From the NCBI GenBank assembly GCA_002633005.1, contig NMRA01001124.1:1-52793 (forward strand): 52,793 bases of DNA, in the 5' to 3' direction. A program made the translations under genes and the position numbers. The DNA is from Phoronis australis (taxonomy: Eukaryota; Animalia; Phoronida). Below, in pieces: positions 15,301 through 27,300 of this stretch; the first letter of the stretch is position 1, and every line of letters starts with the position of its first letter. Under the pieces are notes generated by a model. It was not told the origin of the DNA, did no database searches, and was given only the letters and a program-made list of their open reading frames with translations.

Positions 15301-18300
15301 GTCTGCCGTTCTATCAACCAAATCGCTCTAGGAATGATTTTGAAAATTAGCATATGTTCTTACTGGGAAGAAGGTGACTGAGGATGATTTTCCGAGAACA
15401 TCGACAACTATGGCGCCTCCTAGTGGCATTTTGCTTGTTTTTGCGCCCATGGCTGTATCTCCTAAACCTTTCACAGGATCTTAATGAGATTTGGCAAATG
15501 TATTCCCACGAAGGTGACAACAGATGGCAACGACTACTGGTGTGCCCCCTAGTGGCAATTTCAATTTTTTACGTTTACCTCTGTAGATTTGGAGGTCCTC
15601 AACGGATTTTCATAAAATTTGGCATTTAGACATCTATTACTAAGATGATGCCATCCTCCCATTTTCGGACGGATTCGGGGTACTTTACGCCACCTAGTGG
15701 CCATTTTTACTGTTTTCGAGTCTGTTTTTGGCGTCCGCCGTTCTATCAACCAAACCGCTCTAGGTATGATTTTGAAAGTTCGCATATATGTTCTCACTGT
15801 GAAGAAGGAGGCTGACGATGATTTTCTGATGACTTGGAATACTATGGCGCCTCCTAGTGGCAGTTTTGTTTGCTTTTGCGCCCATGGATGTATCTCTTAA
15901 ATGCTCTACAGGATCTTTATTGAATTTTGCTGGTGTATTTATATGAAGTTGACTACAGAGGATGACGACCTTCGGACGAATCGGGCTACCGGTGTGTCCT
16001 CTAGTGGCAATTTATTGTTTTACATTTACCTCTGTATCTTAAAGGATCGTCAATGGATTTTCATAAAATTTGTCAGTTAGGCATCTATTAGTGAGGTGAC
16101 GCTATCATCCGGTTTTCGGTAAAATTCGAGGCATTTTGCGCCACCTTGTGGCCATTTTTACTGTTTTCGAGTTTTGTCTTAGTGACAATTTCATTTTTTT
16201 CATATTCCTCTGTTTTCTCAGAAGTTCCTTGACAGATTTTTATGAAATTTGGTAAATAGCCTAGATGACACATACAAGTTCTCGGATGGATTCCACATAT
16301 TTTGTGCCATCTGGTTGCAAATTTTTATGTTCCAAATAAACACCCCTAGAAACACAACGTTAGCGGTGCATTCGTGGGCGCATTTCAACGCTCCGCGTTG
16401 CTCTTGTATGAAATTGTTACAATTTACGTCGAATGCACATGCGGGAAATGCACCATTGTTACATTTTACCACAACAACGTCATATTTACACGAGTTTGCA
16501 TGATATTTGTCACACGGAAGAAAACCGTTTACGCACTTAACGCCTTCTTTCTGGGATTGTGTGAATGAAATTCTATCAAATATGCCAGGTCGAACTTATA
16601 GATGTGTCCCTATGTGTTTTACACGGTTCTTTAACATGAGTGGTTTTATGGTATAGTCAAAAATGCACACCATACAGTTTCAACTCCACACGAACGGAGT
16701 TTTCAGGATCAATTAACAAGTTTTTTATTGTTGAAGCGTTCTTGCAATCTTTTGTTGATGCTCACGCGTCATAAATCAGTTGTGTATCTGGCCTTATACT
16801 AAACACACTTCCCTTGGTAAGCACAACAATGACATCGTATTTGCTTAATTCTTATCGTATTTCTTCGGGAACAAACGACAATAACAAACGTTTTCATGGA
16901 GAATTCAATTTCGGAAGCCGATTTCATAGAAACAACACCACTTTTAGTCCACGATAATTTGGTTTATTTCGGCCAGTGTTTTATTGCCTTGAAGTCATCG
17001 CTAATGTAGTAATTGACCGGCTCCACACAAAAAGGAGCAAAACCAATTTTTGTGATTCCGACAGGTTCTGTCTACTAGCTTAGTTACGAATGACAATTTC
17101 TTAAAGAGAGTGTGGTGGAAGGAAGTAAAAGCACGCATTTATTTGCCGAGAGGTTGACAGATTTTGAAGAAACAGCAAAATATCGCCTTTGAGAAGGGCG
17201 AACCAATATTTTAAAAAATGGCTGCATAGCAACGTGTTTTATACAGCTTAAAAGCTAAAAGAACTATCATTGTCCCTGTGGTGTCAAATCTGTCTGATTT
17301 GGTGGTGGTCACAACAGGTCAAACCGTGACGTGCATACGTAAAATGGGGTGCCTAGCTGGGTAAATAGAAAAAAATGCACTCTGAAAGGATGATTATTTT
17401 GCTCAAACCTGGACAGATCTATGTCGGTAGTTTAAATGGGCAATAGTCCAAAAAGCTGACTGTCGGCCTTTCGGACTATGAAAACATGCACCTTCTCTTT
17501 ATTATTTTTTAAGATAAAATATGAATTAAATTTGCTATTTGGCCAATTTTCATTGGTTCGAAGTCCATATAAATAAAGACAAAGATTTGACATTCTATTG
17601 TTAATGGACGTGAAGTCACGTGTCTCATGAGGCGCCATTTTTTGTGTTGCAGCTCGCACATAAACGAATTTGGGATATTTACTCTATTGATACATTGCGT
17701 AAAATGCTCATATTAAACATCACTGACTTCGACGTTGGCGGTTTTTGTTCCATACAATCCACTTTCAATGAAACCTAGTTCAAGTCACTCTGTTAAATCT
17801 CTGTGTTTTCTTAAGAATATTGGGGCCTGTTCCACATAAACTTGTTGCGCGTTGTGTATGTCCATTACCAGCTTTTCTAACGACCCTGTGACCGCAGCCG
17901 ACTAATCGTTAGTTCTCGAAAAATGTCCGCCTCCAGAGTTGAACTTAACGCAAATTTGAACTTACACATCATCGTGGAACAATCTCAAGTTTTTTGACAA
18001 GAAACGTTTTCAACAAGAGACAAAAATGATTACACGGTGGGTATCCTCACGTTTAGATGAAAGTCGCGAGTAAAATAGTGCGGTCTGAATTCAGCTCTTC
18101 TTGGCAAACTACAGATGGATATAGTTATACATGTATATACAAACACTACATTGCTTGCCGATAGGTCAGAAATAATCAATTTTTGAAGTTGGTGCACGAC
18201 TAAACAAGACTTTAAATCTCAACTTCCTCGTGTACAAAAAGTAGGCCTACTCTGCATCCACAGCTGTCAAGACGTTCCCCACAATATCGTTAAAGCAGAA

Positions 18301-21300
18301 CATGGGTATCCCTTTAAAATCCTTTGGAACAGCACTCGCTGTCCTCTATGGAAATCCCGACGAAAACATTGAACCATAAATGAGATGATTTTAAAATCTT
18401 TGAGGACCATGATGTATTAGCACTTTGCTAAACATGTATTGTGTCCTAGTTAAAGAAATTTAAAATTATTCATAATAATAATAATAACGATAACAAAAAT
18501 ATTATGATAACGAGTAACAGTAGTGATATGAGTAATAGTTGTAACAGCAATAGTAATAATAGTAGTAATGGTAATGTAATACTAATAAAATGATAATAGG
18601 TAGCCAAATTCATGTCGTGTCATCCCGGTGGGCATTCAATAGAACAGTTTTACGAAAACTGCCGCCCAAAAGGGTGTTTTTTCACAGAAAAATACTCTAA
18701 AAGATGGTGCCATTTTCGACAAAATTACATCTAAAAGGTGCCGTTCCTGAATTTCTGGAACAAAAGAGTGCTAATATGTGAACTTTTACACAAATTAGTT
18801 TCTAAATGGGTCACTTTTTGTTCGAACCCACTCTCTAAACGGGTACGTATTCAATTTTGGACGGCACCCCTCGTACAAAAATACTCCAGTACCCCCTGGT
18901 CGTGTCAGATACCACTTGTTCATTTCCCTTGCAATATGACTTGGGTTTCGTAAAATTTAACAATGGTACATTTCTCGCATATGCGTTCGACGTGACTGTA
19001 AAAATTTCGTAAAATGTAATAACTTGTTACAATTTAGGACAGGTTTAGCAACAGTGTAAAAATGTAACAGTTGTTACATTTTACGACATTGTTACATTTT
19101 ACGGCGTATCATGGCTCCTTTCTTGTCAAACGCAAATTAAGCGACTGTCACTGAACGTGATTGGGTAGCGCAGTGATGCGCAATATTTCCTCCGTACAGT
19201 GTACTTATTGGGTCACTATTAATTATATTGCACATGTGATTTGCATATTAAAGAATTGAAGAGAGCACGTCGTCTCTATGTTTCCTTTCCTTCTTCATCC
19301 CAGGCATTTTTCACTCGTACGATCTCTCTTACTTGGGCGAGGTTGAAACTGTGGCAGACAACGTTAAAATTCGCTTCAGCACCACGCCTAAGGTAGGATA
19401 CGTTGCGTATTGCAAAGTGAAAAGAAATTTGAGAGTACGAGCATGCATACATTAATCAAGTTCACGAAATGGGTGTTGAAGATTTGAGCAGTTCCTTGTA
19501 TAAGTGACTTTTGCGTATTTCTAAAAATAATTTTGAGGAGATTTTAGGTCACGGCGAATCAGACACCATTTAACTTGATGCTAATTTGCTCAGGGACTTC
19601 TCTCGTTACAGCACCATTTGCCTTTTTATTTCCTGTTCCACTCTCAAGAAGGCCGCTTGTAAACTGAGTGTAGGAAAGTACGTGAATTGATACTGGTTGA
19701 TTTTGACCCCCGTCACGACAATCAGTTGGTATCAAGCGTACACAAGACACATCATAATTGTATATTTCCCGATAACTTGAGATTTTGTTGTCGAGTTGTC
19801 GCGAATGAACGAACGTGATACGACTTTGCAGGCGAGATTGTCAACGAGGAAAAATCATAAGGTCTGCTCAGATCTTTGCAACCACAGATAGTTCTGATGT
19901 CAATGAGTTGACGTTGAAGTAATTAACATACTTTGTTTTGTCTCGAATGCATTCATTTTCTGTACGTTGTGTGTTCAATGGAATTCCAGTTTTTGCTTGC
20001 GAACTGCGTAAAAGTCGTTCGAAAAGATAAACAGGCCACCAACGGCATTGTGCATCAAGTCAACAGAGTGTTGAGACCTGTGGAAAGTACCATACAACAA
20101 TACATCTTCAGAAATCCCGAGTTCAGTCAATTGAAAACAGGTATAGCTGCATATGGAAGACTTATTAAGTTATTAATCTTCTCACGCGCCATCTGTTGGT
20201 CGCATTCTTGACCTAGAGTACAAGTCTGAAAAGATGTCGAGCCCCGTTTGGACATTTTTTCCATACTTAACTCTGGTTCACAACATATATGGCGTTGGAG
20301 AAGACTAATAATTCTTACATATATCAGGGCGTTGGTGAATAACCACATAATTATGTACATGTATATATGTAGGTCGCATTGAACTCCACTGACCTGAGCA
20401 TTTCAGTTCATTCTCATTTGTTGTGATAAATAGGGAAATTGCCAAGGTACTGTACAACTGTATAGAACACATAACTGATAATTTGTTGGCATGGAAAATG
20501 AGGCAAATGATCCCGAAGACAAAACAGAACTGTGTCAAGTTGTTAAACGTCGCCACCGCGCGGAGCGTCATTGTTCAGTAGCGGCCCCTGGTATTACGCG
20601 TGCTTTCAGTACTTCGGGCAATTGTCTGCACACTGACCGGAAGCTGAGTTGTGAGCTGCAAGAGAGTGGCGCGGGAATTCCATACAAAAAAAAAAATTGG
20701 AATTGCGAACCTGTTTTCCATGATCTATGGTTTGACTGGCTTTTAAAACAGCCTTTTGTAGTTAAAATTCAAACATCGATTAAGAATAAAACGGCACTTT
20801 CATCAGTTTCATGCACTTCCACCTGGATAGCTGGTAGAGCTATATCGTGACCATCCCTGTAATATAGGCTATGGGACCAAGTAACACAGAACTGGTCAAT
20901 TAATTGATGCATTTTTCCCATACATTGTCGTCAAATGGAATGTTTCCCAGTTCATGGATGAAGATTAACTGTTACATGTATGTTAACTTGATTTCTTACC
21001 CAGTTGCTGGTAGAATCGGATTTGAGAAGTTGCTGGAGGATATGAAAGATTTCACAATGTTCCTTCCGAGTAACGCTGCTTTCGAAAAATTGGACCGGGA
21101 AATTCTAGAATCCACAGAAAGTCTGACAGGTATAACAATCATGTTTTATTGTTTTAACGCGTTAAATGTAAATAGAGGAGCATAGTTGCAAACCGTATAC
21201 TTAAAAGTATTTCATAACTTTATATTGCCGTGATGGACCGTCTGGAGCCGGTTGGCAGTCAGGCAAATCTGGACGTTTAGAAAACCAGACGTCCTTCCGT

Positions 21301-24300
21301 TCGATTACTCTGTATTGTACTTTAATCTGACCATGTTAAGAGTTGCCTGAAAAAATTCGTTTTCACCCTTTGTGTGGACGAAGCTCTCTCCACATCTGAA
21401 TTCCTTGTAAACAATTGGGTACACACATTTTTCCTCACAAAAATTGCCCTAGTTTTGAGGGAGATAGCTGTCATTTAGATCAGCTGATTTGATTGTCTAT
21501 CCAAAAGATCCACTAACTGATCAGGCCTAATTTCTATGTTTTATTACTCACAACTGGAAAGGCCTATTCAGATCAGTGATAACAGCGTGTCCAAGTGTCC
21601 AGTGTATACTCCCTCAAGTCCCCAAGTTCGCTTCAGTCAAGATATGTTAATAATAGACGTTTCACTGGGCCTGTGTTGTTCAAGCACAATTGTTTCAGTC
21701 ATTGAGTACATGTATCGGTCAATTTTTTGACAGAATATTGTACATTCAGTTGTCTACTCTATAAAAACATGATTTGTGTGGTAGATCTGGATACATAAAA
21801 CGTTTTCGGACAACACAAAGAGCCATTACTGTCCGAATCAGTGAAACTCAAACTTTCGCAATTGGCAGTAAGTTACCAAAATGTGACACATTCTTAAGTT
21901 TTCGTTGATTTATTGATTGGTTTAACTAGCCTCGACTTACCTTTTATAATGATATACTTTTTAGTTGATTGTCCTTTCCTTGCAGACCTACGGAAATTCC
22001 TATTACCACAATGTATTGTTAGAAAAAGAAAATTATGAGTATTTGATGATAGAGCGAGATTATACTGTTTGAATATTTATGTGTTGAGCTGTGGGCCAAT
22101 GGCCCTATGAGTTTTGAAATAAACGTTTTGTTTGTGTTTCTTTTTTTTGTTAAGATAGATGTATACACGTAATTCAATGAAATACGATCCAACATTTTTA
22201 GCGATTTGCATCATTAAGCAATGTAGGTCGATTGATTTGCCATAACTCTAACTCAAACAGTTGTTACCTTGTCTTCCTTCTGAATGCAAAACTTAATGAC
22301 CAAGGCACCAATATAAACTGTAGGCAGTCTCTTATACTCGTGTTATGGTCGTTATTTAGTTTTAAATAATGAAATGGTATATCTTTTCCAGCACTATTGA
22401 AGAATCACATCGTGTCTGGCTCGCTGTGTTCGGCATGCATCGGGAACAATATTGCCAGGTCTTTGGCCGGTGAAAAACTGAAGTTCCGACGGTCTCGTGA
22501 CGACAAATTGTTCGTGAATGGCGCTCAGATTACACTGTCTGACGTCGTTGCAACGAACGGAGTTATCCACCTGATTGACGACATTCTCGTACCTGACCAA
22601 GGTGTGTAACAAAAAATATCAAAAATCCTGTCAAAAAGTCCTGGCATTGTCACCCAGAAAACATTGGTGCAGGAATCTCGCGAATGATGCTGTGGTAATC
22701 ACTTCTCCTATTAAAGCGAGTTTCATATACCATAGTGATCTAACATTCGTACAATTTTCGCATTGTCAAGTTTTAACTCGTATGTTTAGCACAAAATTAC
22801 GGATATGATATCCGTCTTTTCAGCGAAGGATATTTTGAACGTCATGCAATCCATGGGTTATTCCACTGCTGTCGAACTCATCAATGAAGCAATGATGACA
22901 GACTTGATCAAGCAACTACGAAATTTCACGATGTTCCTTCCAACCAACAGAGCTTTTAGAGTAAGTTTCCATCGCACTTAAATGTCATCTATTTTAAAAT
23001 AGCATTTGATTTTTATAACAAAATAGTCCTCAACGGCGCTTTGATATTTTTTTCTACGCATTAATTGAGCTCGAAAAAGCACAAAAGTTAGTCATTAACT
23101 CCATTTTCAGGGATTTAAACATTGTATGCCAATGAAATCACTGCAACGAATTATTTCATGAAACAAATATGAAGTAAATAGAAAGAACGATTTGCCATCG
23201 CACGGGCAGTTCAAAAAGTCACAAAAATAAACAGACCTACTGGTGGCCTCAGGTCTTCCTGCCTTTCCTGTGACACTGTACTGGCGCCACCTAGGCAGTG
23301 AGTAGTGAGTGAAATGTGGAGCCAGATTGTATCTATTTAAAAACCTGGCAGAGGACATTTCGTCCAACAAAGGTCGCGCCAGTGCAGTCTCACAGGAAGT
23401 TCGGGAAGATCGTCAGAAAACCATCTCCTATAGAAGGGGACAGTTGCGATCCTTGCGACGTAAAGTTTTAACCAGGTACGTCCAACTGAATTATTCATAA
23501 TTAGTAATAGGTAATTAGGCAATTCACAAGCACTCTACTGCTCACATTCTTACGCTCGGTTTCAAAAATTCCATTCATCATACATCATTTTGGCTAATCT
23601 CAACCGATTTAGCTCAGCTGACAGAATGGAATAAAAACAAAGAAAAAACATTTAGGCTTCAAGTACAGAAAGACCCCTGGCTTCTCCTTACGAAACATAC
23701 AGTGTATCGATCAACGGGCGCTGTTGTGACCTGCTTTTCTAAGCAGCTTTGCCTGTAGAGGGTGTGTTGTTGGACCACAACCTGTCGCAAATTGTTAGTT
23801 TGTACATAACCTCGAAGCGTAAACTGCCGTTATTTGGAAAACAACCTGGAGCGTCGTCGTCATCGTTAAATGCCCACGTTACTATTCCCGTCAATCACGT
23901 GCAGGGAGAAATGGTCTTATTTGTCCTGTCGCCTTGAGTTTTCCCGCGACCCCCCTGGTCGGCAAGTGGTTTCACGGGAACCAGAACCACGTATACTGTA
24001 CCCAACGTGTTACTGCGCTCACTTACGTTTTGATTATATCGTGAAAATTTGAAGGCTGCGGCGGCTGTAATCTCACGAACTACAAACTCTCGCAATGACA
24101 TTTTACGACAGTTTGCGCAATGTGATAAATTTGTGTAGTGTTGCAAGAAAATCTTAATCTTAAAACAGTGAGCTTATTACCGAGCAGGTAGGTTTGTGCA
24201 ATAGAAAACAGGGAATCCTACCCGAGTATATGGGCCCATAATTATGCGAGACCAATCTTTACGAGGAGGTGGTCTTATATTCGGGGGGTGGGTAATACCC

Positions 24301-27300
24301 GACATGTAGGAAACATAATCAAATGGGTTTCATTTTGTTTCACTACGCTTTCATAGTATTACAGCTCTACACGACGGCGTCGCTAAATATTCTACACAAA
24401 TTTATAACACTTCCCGTACTTTACTCAGGGTGGTAAATGCATAGTCTTAGTCATTTCTGAGACTTCTTTAATTTCTAGAATGCTGGCCTCGGGAAATAAA
24501 TTGATACCCAAAAGCTTATAACCCATTCCAAATTTCCCGCATATAATATTTTATTAGAACAGGTGCTTGTCACCGAACCTCGTTGAGTACTATGTCCCGT
24601 CCCATTTGCAATGCATGATGGCTTTACGCCACCAAATGTACGTCAGGCTGTATAGTATTTTTGTGTTTGAGTTTTGATCCAAAATACCGTCTGACAAATG
24701 CAGTGTACGGACATTCCGTCTATGATGAATGTTTTACGTCTTACTTTTGTTTGCCATGTCAGTATTCCCATTCTGCTGTCATGGCGTTTTTCCTGTTCCC
24801 ATCTTGCAAAGTCTTGCCTTCATTATCTCTGCTGCTTGCGTCATAATAAATGACATTATTCTGCAACCCTTATCTTGTTTTACTCTGCAACGTAGCTCGT
24901 AGCATACCTCGCGCAAAATAGATTACGATATAACCAGATGTCGCTGCAAAACGCGTAGGACCATGTAATCTTAACGGCGTGACGCAGCCTGTAGTTGGCG
25001 ATGCCCGGGGGGTGACTTTTTAATGCATATCCCTTTCAAATGCATGGTCTCTAGCTCTACGTAAAGTAAAAAAGTTTAACACATAATAGAAACTTTATTC
25101 AATTTAACTACAAATCAGTCACAATTCCAAATAGTTTTTATAGTGATTATNTGCTTTCGAAAAATTGGACCGGGAAATTCTAGAATCCACAGAAAGTCTG
25201 ACAGGTATAACAATCATGTTTTATTGTTTTAACGCGTTAAATGTAAATAGAGGAGCATAGTTGCAAACCGTATACTTAAAAGTATTTCATAACTTTATAT
25301 TGCCGTGATGGACCGTCCGGAGCCGGTTGGCAGTCAGGCAACTCTGGACGTTTAGAAAACCAGACGTCCTTCCGTTCGATTACTCTGTATTGTACTTTAA
25401 TCTGACCATGTTAAGAGTTGCCTGAAAAAATTTCGTTTTATTTCACCCTTTGTGTGGACGAAGCTCTCTTCACATCTGAATTCCTTGTAAAAAATTGGGT
25501 ACACAACTTTTTTCCTCACAAAAATTACCCGAGTTTTGAGGGAGATAGCTGTCATTTAGATCAGCTGATTTGATTGTCTGTCCAAAAGATCCACTAACTG
25601 ATCAGGCCTAATTTCTATGTTTAATTAATCACAACTGGAAAGGCCTATTCAGATCAGTGATAACAGCGTGTCCAAGTGTCCAGTGTATACTCCCTCAAGT
25701 CCCTAAGTTCGCTTCAGTCAAGATAGCGCTACATGTATGTTAATAATAGACGTTTCACTGGGTCTGTGTTGTTCAAGCACAATTGTTTCAGTCATTAAGT
25801 ACATGTATCGGTCAATTTTTTGACAGAATATTGTACATTCAGTTGTCTACTCTATAAAAACATGATTTGTGTGGTAGATCTGGATACATAAAACGTTTTC
25901 GGACAACACAAAGAGCCCAAATTCGCCATTACTGTCCGAATCAGTGAAACTCAAAGTTTTGCAATTGTCAGTAAGTTAGCAAAATGTGACACATTCTTAA
26001 GTTTTCGTTGATTGATTGATTGATTGGTTTAACTAGCCTCGACTTACCTTTTATAATGATACACTTTTTAGTTGATTGTCCTTTCCTTGCAGACCTACGG
26101 AAATTTCTATTACCACAATGTGTTGTTAGAAATAGAAAATTATGAGTATTTCATGATAGAACGAGATTATACTGTTTGAATATTTATGTGTTGAACTGTG
26201 GGCCAGTGGCCCTATGAATTTTGAAATAAACGTTTTGTTTGTGTTTCTTTTGTTGTTAAGATAGATGTATACACGTAATTCAGTGAAATACGATCCAACA
26301 TTTTTAGCGATGTGCATCATTAAGCAATGTAGGTCGATTGATTTGCCATAACTCTAGCTCAAACAGTTGTAACCTTGTCTTCCTTATGAATGCAAAACTT
26401 AATGATCAAGGCACCAATATAAACTGTAGGCAGTCTCTTATACTCATGTTATGGTCGTTCTTTAGTTTTAAATAATGAAATGGTATATCTTTTCCAGCAC
26501 TATTGAAGAATCACATCGTGACTGGCTCGCTGTGTTCGGCATGCATTGGGAACAATATTGCCAGGTCTTTGGCCGGTGAAAAACTGAAGTTCCGACGGTC
26601 TCGTGACGACAGATTGTTCGTGAATGGCGCTCAGATTACACTGTCTGACGTCGTTGCAACAAACGGAGTTATCCACCTGATTGACGACATTCTCGTACCT
26701 GACCAAGGTGGGTGACAAAAAATATCAAAAATCCTGTCAAAAAGTCCTGGCATTTTCACCCAGAAAACATTGGTGCAGGAATCTCGCGAATGATGCTGTG
26801 GTAATCACTTGCTTCCCTTGGGGCTACAGTGACCGGTTGCGTGAAACAGTCCCAAATAGGGACTCAACTACATGTAATTTCCCTAAATCCACTGGGTTTC
26901 TGTGTGTTTGTGGAAAACACTGCTTGTCCTTTCTTGTGCTGTTTGAGTCAATAATTTTTGTATTTGATGCAAATTAAACGTGAACCCTATATTGAATTCT
27001 CTCAATACTAGTGCAAATAAATACGCATCATTTCATGCAATGCCCGTAATTTAAGGACTGAGTCTGTAATTATTTTGACTAAATAAAGAGTTCGGTTTCT
27101 AATTATAAATTATTAGAAAATGTCAACAACCAAAGAGCAGCTCACAATGAAGTTATAGACACGTATAACACCCCTCAGTGAAAAAGCGAAACAAATACGC
27201 GAAATATTTGGGGAACTTAGTTGAGTCCCTATTTGGGACTGTTTCATGCATCCGAGCTCTTACTCAACTCTGTCTCACGACACAAAAATGACTTTCCGAA

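Larger units (their letters stand above)
14289..16407 (+). mobile_element. Helentron-associated non-autonomous element (HINE/DINE-1 architecture) with internal tandem array
   Basis: Inserted in a T run with no TSD. Sub-terminal inverted repeat ATGCGCCCAC (14292-14301) / GTGGGCGCAT (16374-16383); GTCC-type microsatellite-like tract ~14340-14376; 3' hairpin CAACGC-TCC-GCGTTG (16386-16400) followed by CTCTTGT. Confidence 0.75.
14176..19111. mobile_element. Non-autonomous TIR DNA element (TG...CA) with 6-bp TSD, hosting nested insertions
   Basis: TIR TGATACGCCGTGAAATGTAACAATTTCGTAAAATGTAACAACTG versus its reverse complement ending ...TTACGGCGTATCA; TSD TGGCTC at 14170-14175 and 19112-19117. Confidence 0.85.

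Noticed and set aside
23309-23500. ORF MKCGARLYLF... occurring twice (also 30789-30980), and other paired short ORFs
   Set aside because: The recurrence is explained by the A/B duplication of intron 10; no recognisable domain.
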